A program made the translations under genes and the position numbers. Below are positions 62,290 to 64,000 of a stretch of 64,000 nt of DNA, piece by piece. Origin of the DNA: Eledone cirrhosa (lineage: Eukaryota); contig OZ024746.1 in assembly GCA_964016885.1 (NCBI GenBank), forward strand, positions 23,498,001 through 23,562,000. The letters run 5' to 3'. The stretch's first letter is position 1; every line of letters starts with the position of its first letter. The notes under the pieces are model-generated. The model was not told the origin of the DNA and made no database searches. It saw only the letters and a list, made by a program, of their open reading frames with translations.

Positions 62290-63060
62290 ACTCAGAGAAG
62301 TAGTGGTCCTTACTGGTTCACCACTTTGATTTCTGAGCTACACACTTTGAGTAACATGCACTAAAGACCTTTTGGAATAATCCCATTTTGGTTGCTTGTA
62401 ATTGTATCCCTTTAAGTAAGGGTTGGCACAAACACCAAATTGAAGATAGCAAGTTTGGCTTTTACACTTACCTTCTCCTGATGACAGTGCTAAAGCTGGT
62501 GTATTACTGTAACAGCTCCTGTAATTCTTGCATTTATATCAGCTTCCTGCGATCCATCACTTATGAAAATGACCCAGCTATCTGCACCAGTAAACTCCAC
62601 TCATCTGCAGAGTGCACACAGTCTTCGTAGCACTGATTTTCTTTCCTACCGTGCAGCACTTGCCAGCAAACCTATCCGGTACATTTTGGAAATCACCTAA
62701 TGATTTTAGTTCCATGGCATCTGCAAATTCCAGCCGACTGATCCTACATCTGCCAATTTTTGTACCACTTACAACCTGGCTGGGAATATCAATCTTGTTC
62801 ATGAAAATAATGAGGTGACGATGTACCCTTGTCTGACACTCACATTGAATGGTTTCAACTTAGCTCCATTTACCTAAACACTTACTCTGGCATTCATATA
62901 GAGAGGCCCAGCGATCCCATACTACTGCAGAACCTTCAACAACAAATCCTAAGGTCGTTTCCATTTTCAAGGTCCATAAAACAAGCATACACCTCTTGGC
63001 ACTACTAACACATTTTATGGAAGACCTACACTGTCACAAAGGAATCAGATATTGTCTTCG
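62290..63060 (-). mobile_element. Decayed RTE-like LINE RT fragment
   Basis: Minus strand VYACFMDLEN (FVDLEKA motif), SRLEFADA (FADD motif), KISATKT. Confidence 0.75.
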
Positions 63061-63363
63061 AACATATATGTGCAGGCATGGTTGTGTGGTTAAGGAGTTT
63101 GTTTTAGTGGCTCGACAAAAAGGAGATCAAGTACCATACTTGAAAAATTAAGTGCTGGTCAAGGCCAGACTTTCACCTGAGTTATATGAAATTTGAAGCC
63201 CTTTCCTAAAAATGTTCAGGTAAAAACATTTATATTAACGGTAATGATAAAGAATAAATTACATATATATATATACAAATGAAAAACGGAGTTAAAAACT
63301 CGCGTTAATACTCTGTAATTAATGAGCTCAAAGTATGAGAACTGGGCTCTTTACAATATAATG

Positions 63364-63690
63364 TATAGAAATAAACACATAAAGAAGTGTGTTTTGAATT
63401 ACATGGGTTGAAAACCACTTTGGTGCAATGCATATACCGTATTTCCCGGCGCCGAAGACGCTTCGTCCTCGAGGGCGCACCCTAATTTTGACAACCTATC
63501 ATCTTTACATTTCATCCTTACAGGGTCTATAAAATAAAGTATCAGTAATACACTGGGATAATTGCTGGCCTTGTGCCAAAAGTAGAAACAATTATGTATT
63601 GTCCGTTTTTTCGTTGATTATATGCATTGCACCAGGGTGGTTCTTCAACCCATGTACTGCAAAACACTTCTTTGTGTGTTTATTTCTATA
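63364..63690. repeat. ~70-bp inverted repeat enclosing a DNA-transposon end and a SINE tail
   Basis: 63364-63435 vs 63620-63690; TACCGTATTTCCCGGC end at 63435 matches the reverse complement of 34130-34191. Confidence 0.75.
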
Positions 63691-64000
63691 TATATATATA
63701 TGTGTTTATGTATGTATAGATTGGATACTGAGGTTGTATGAATGTAACAAAACGAGACATGGTTTGTGTGTATAATATTTAATTAACAATGGTAGATAGT
63801 ATAGTTGACATGTCAATAGGAATAGATGTTAGAATGAAACAAAGTTAGTAGTTACCGTTTTGATTGCCAGGCAAACGCGGCTGGCAGAGGACGCCTGGCT
63901 AAGGCCAGGCGTCTGTTGGCCAAATTAATGGCGGAGCCAAATGAGAGGCTCTTGGGTTGGTGCCGAAAAGGCAATGAGAGAAAGGAAGCTTAAAGTTGTT

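Overview
AT-rich, repeat-dense animal genomic DNA, most likely octopus/coleoid cephalopod (inferred from (TA)n/(CAT)n microsatellite density, RTE LINEs and the SINE types; not provable from the window). One host gene is supported: a complete 14-coding-exon sorting nexin 6 (SNX5/6/32 PX-BAR family) on the + strand, ATG 17324 to TAA 56297, 406 aa, all introns GT-AG and in phase. The rest is mobile DNA and tandem repeats: several RTE LINEs carrying a PHD-type finger inside the RT, L1/Tx1 and HERO-like 3' remnants, two tRNA-derived SINE types, hAT/mariner/piggyBac-type MITEs, a tandem Helentron-like pair and a 2 kb 31-bp satellite. The most interesting unexplained structure is a dispersed set of short elements, mostly next to (TA)n tracts, that carry type I hammerhead ribozyme motifs and/or fold into 50-70 bp hairpins with a shared tail (probable Penelope-like termini or retrozyme-like elements). 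A 358-bp near-perfect inverted repeat lies just upstream of a 40-nt SNX6 exon. Coordinates and mismatch counts were read by eye.
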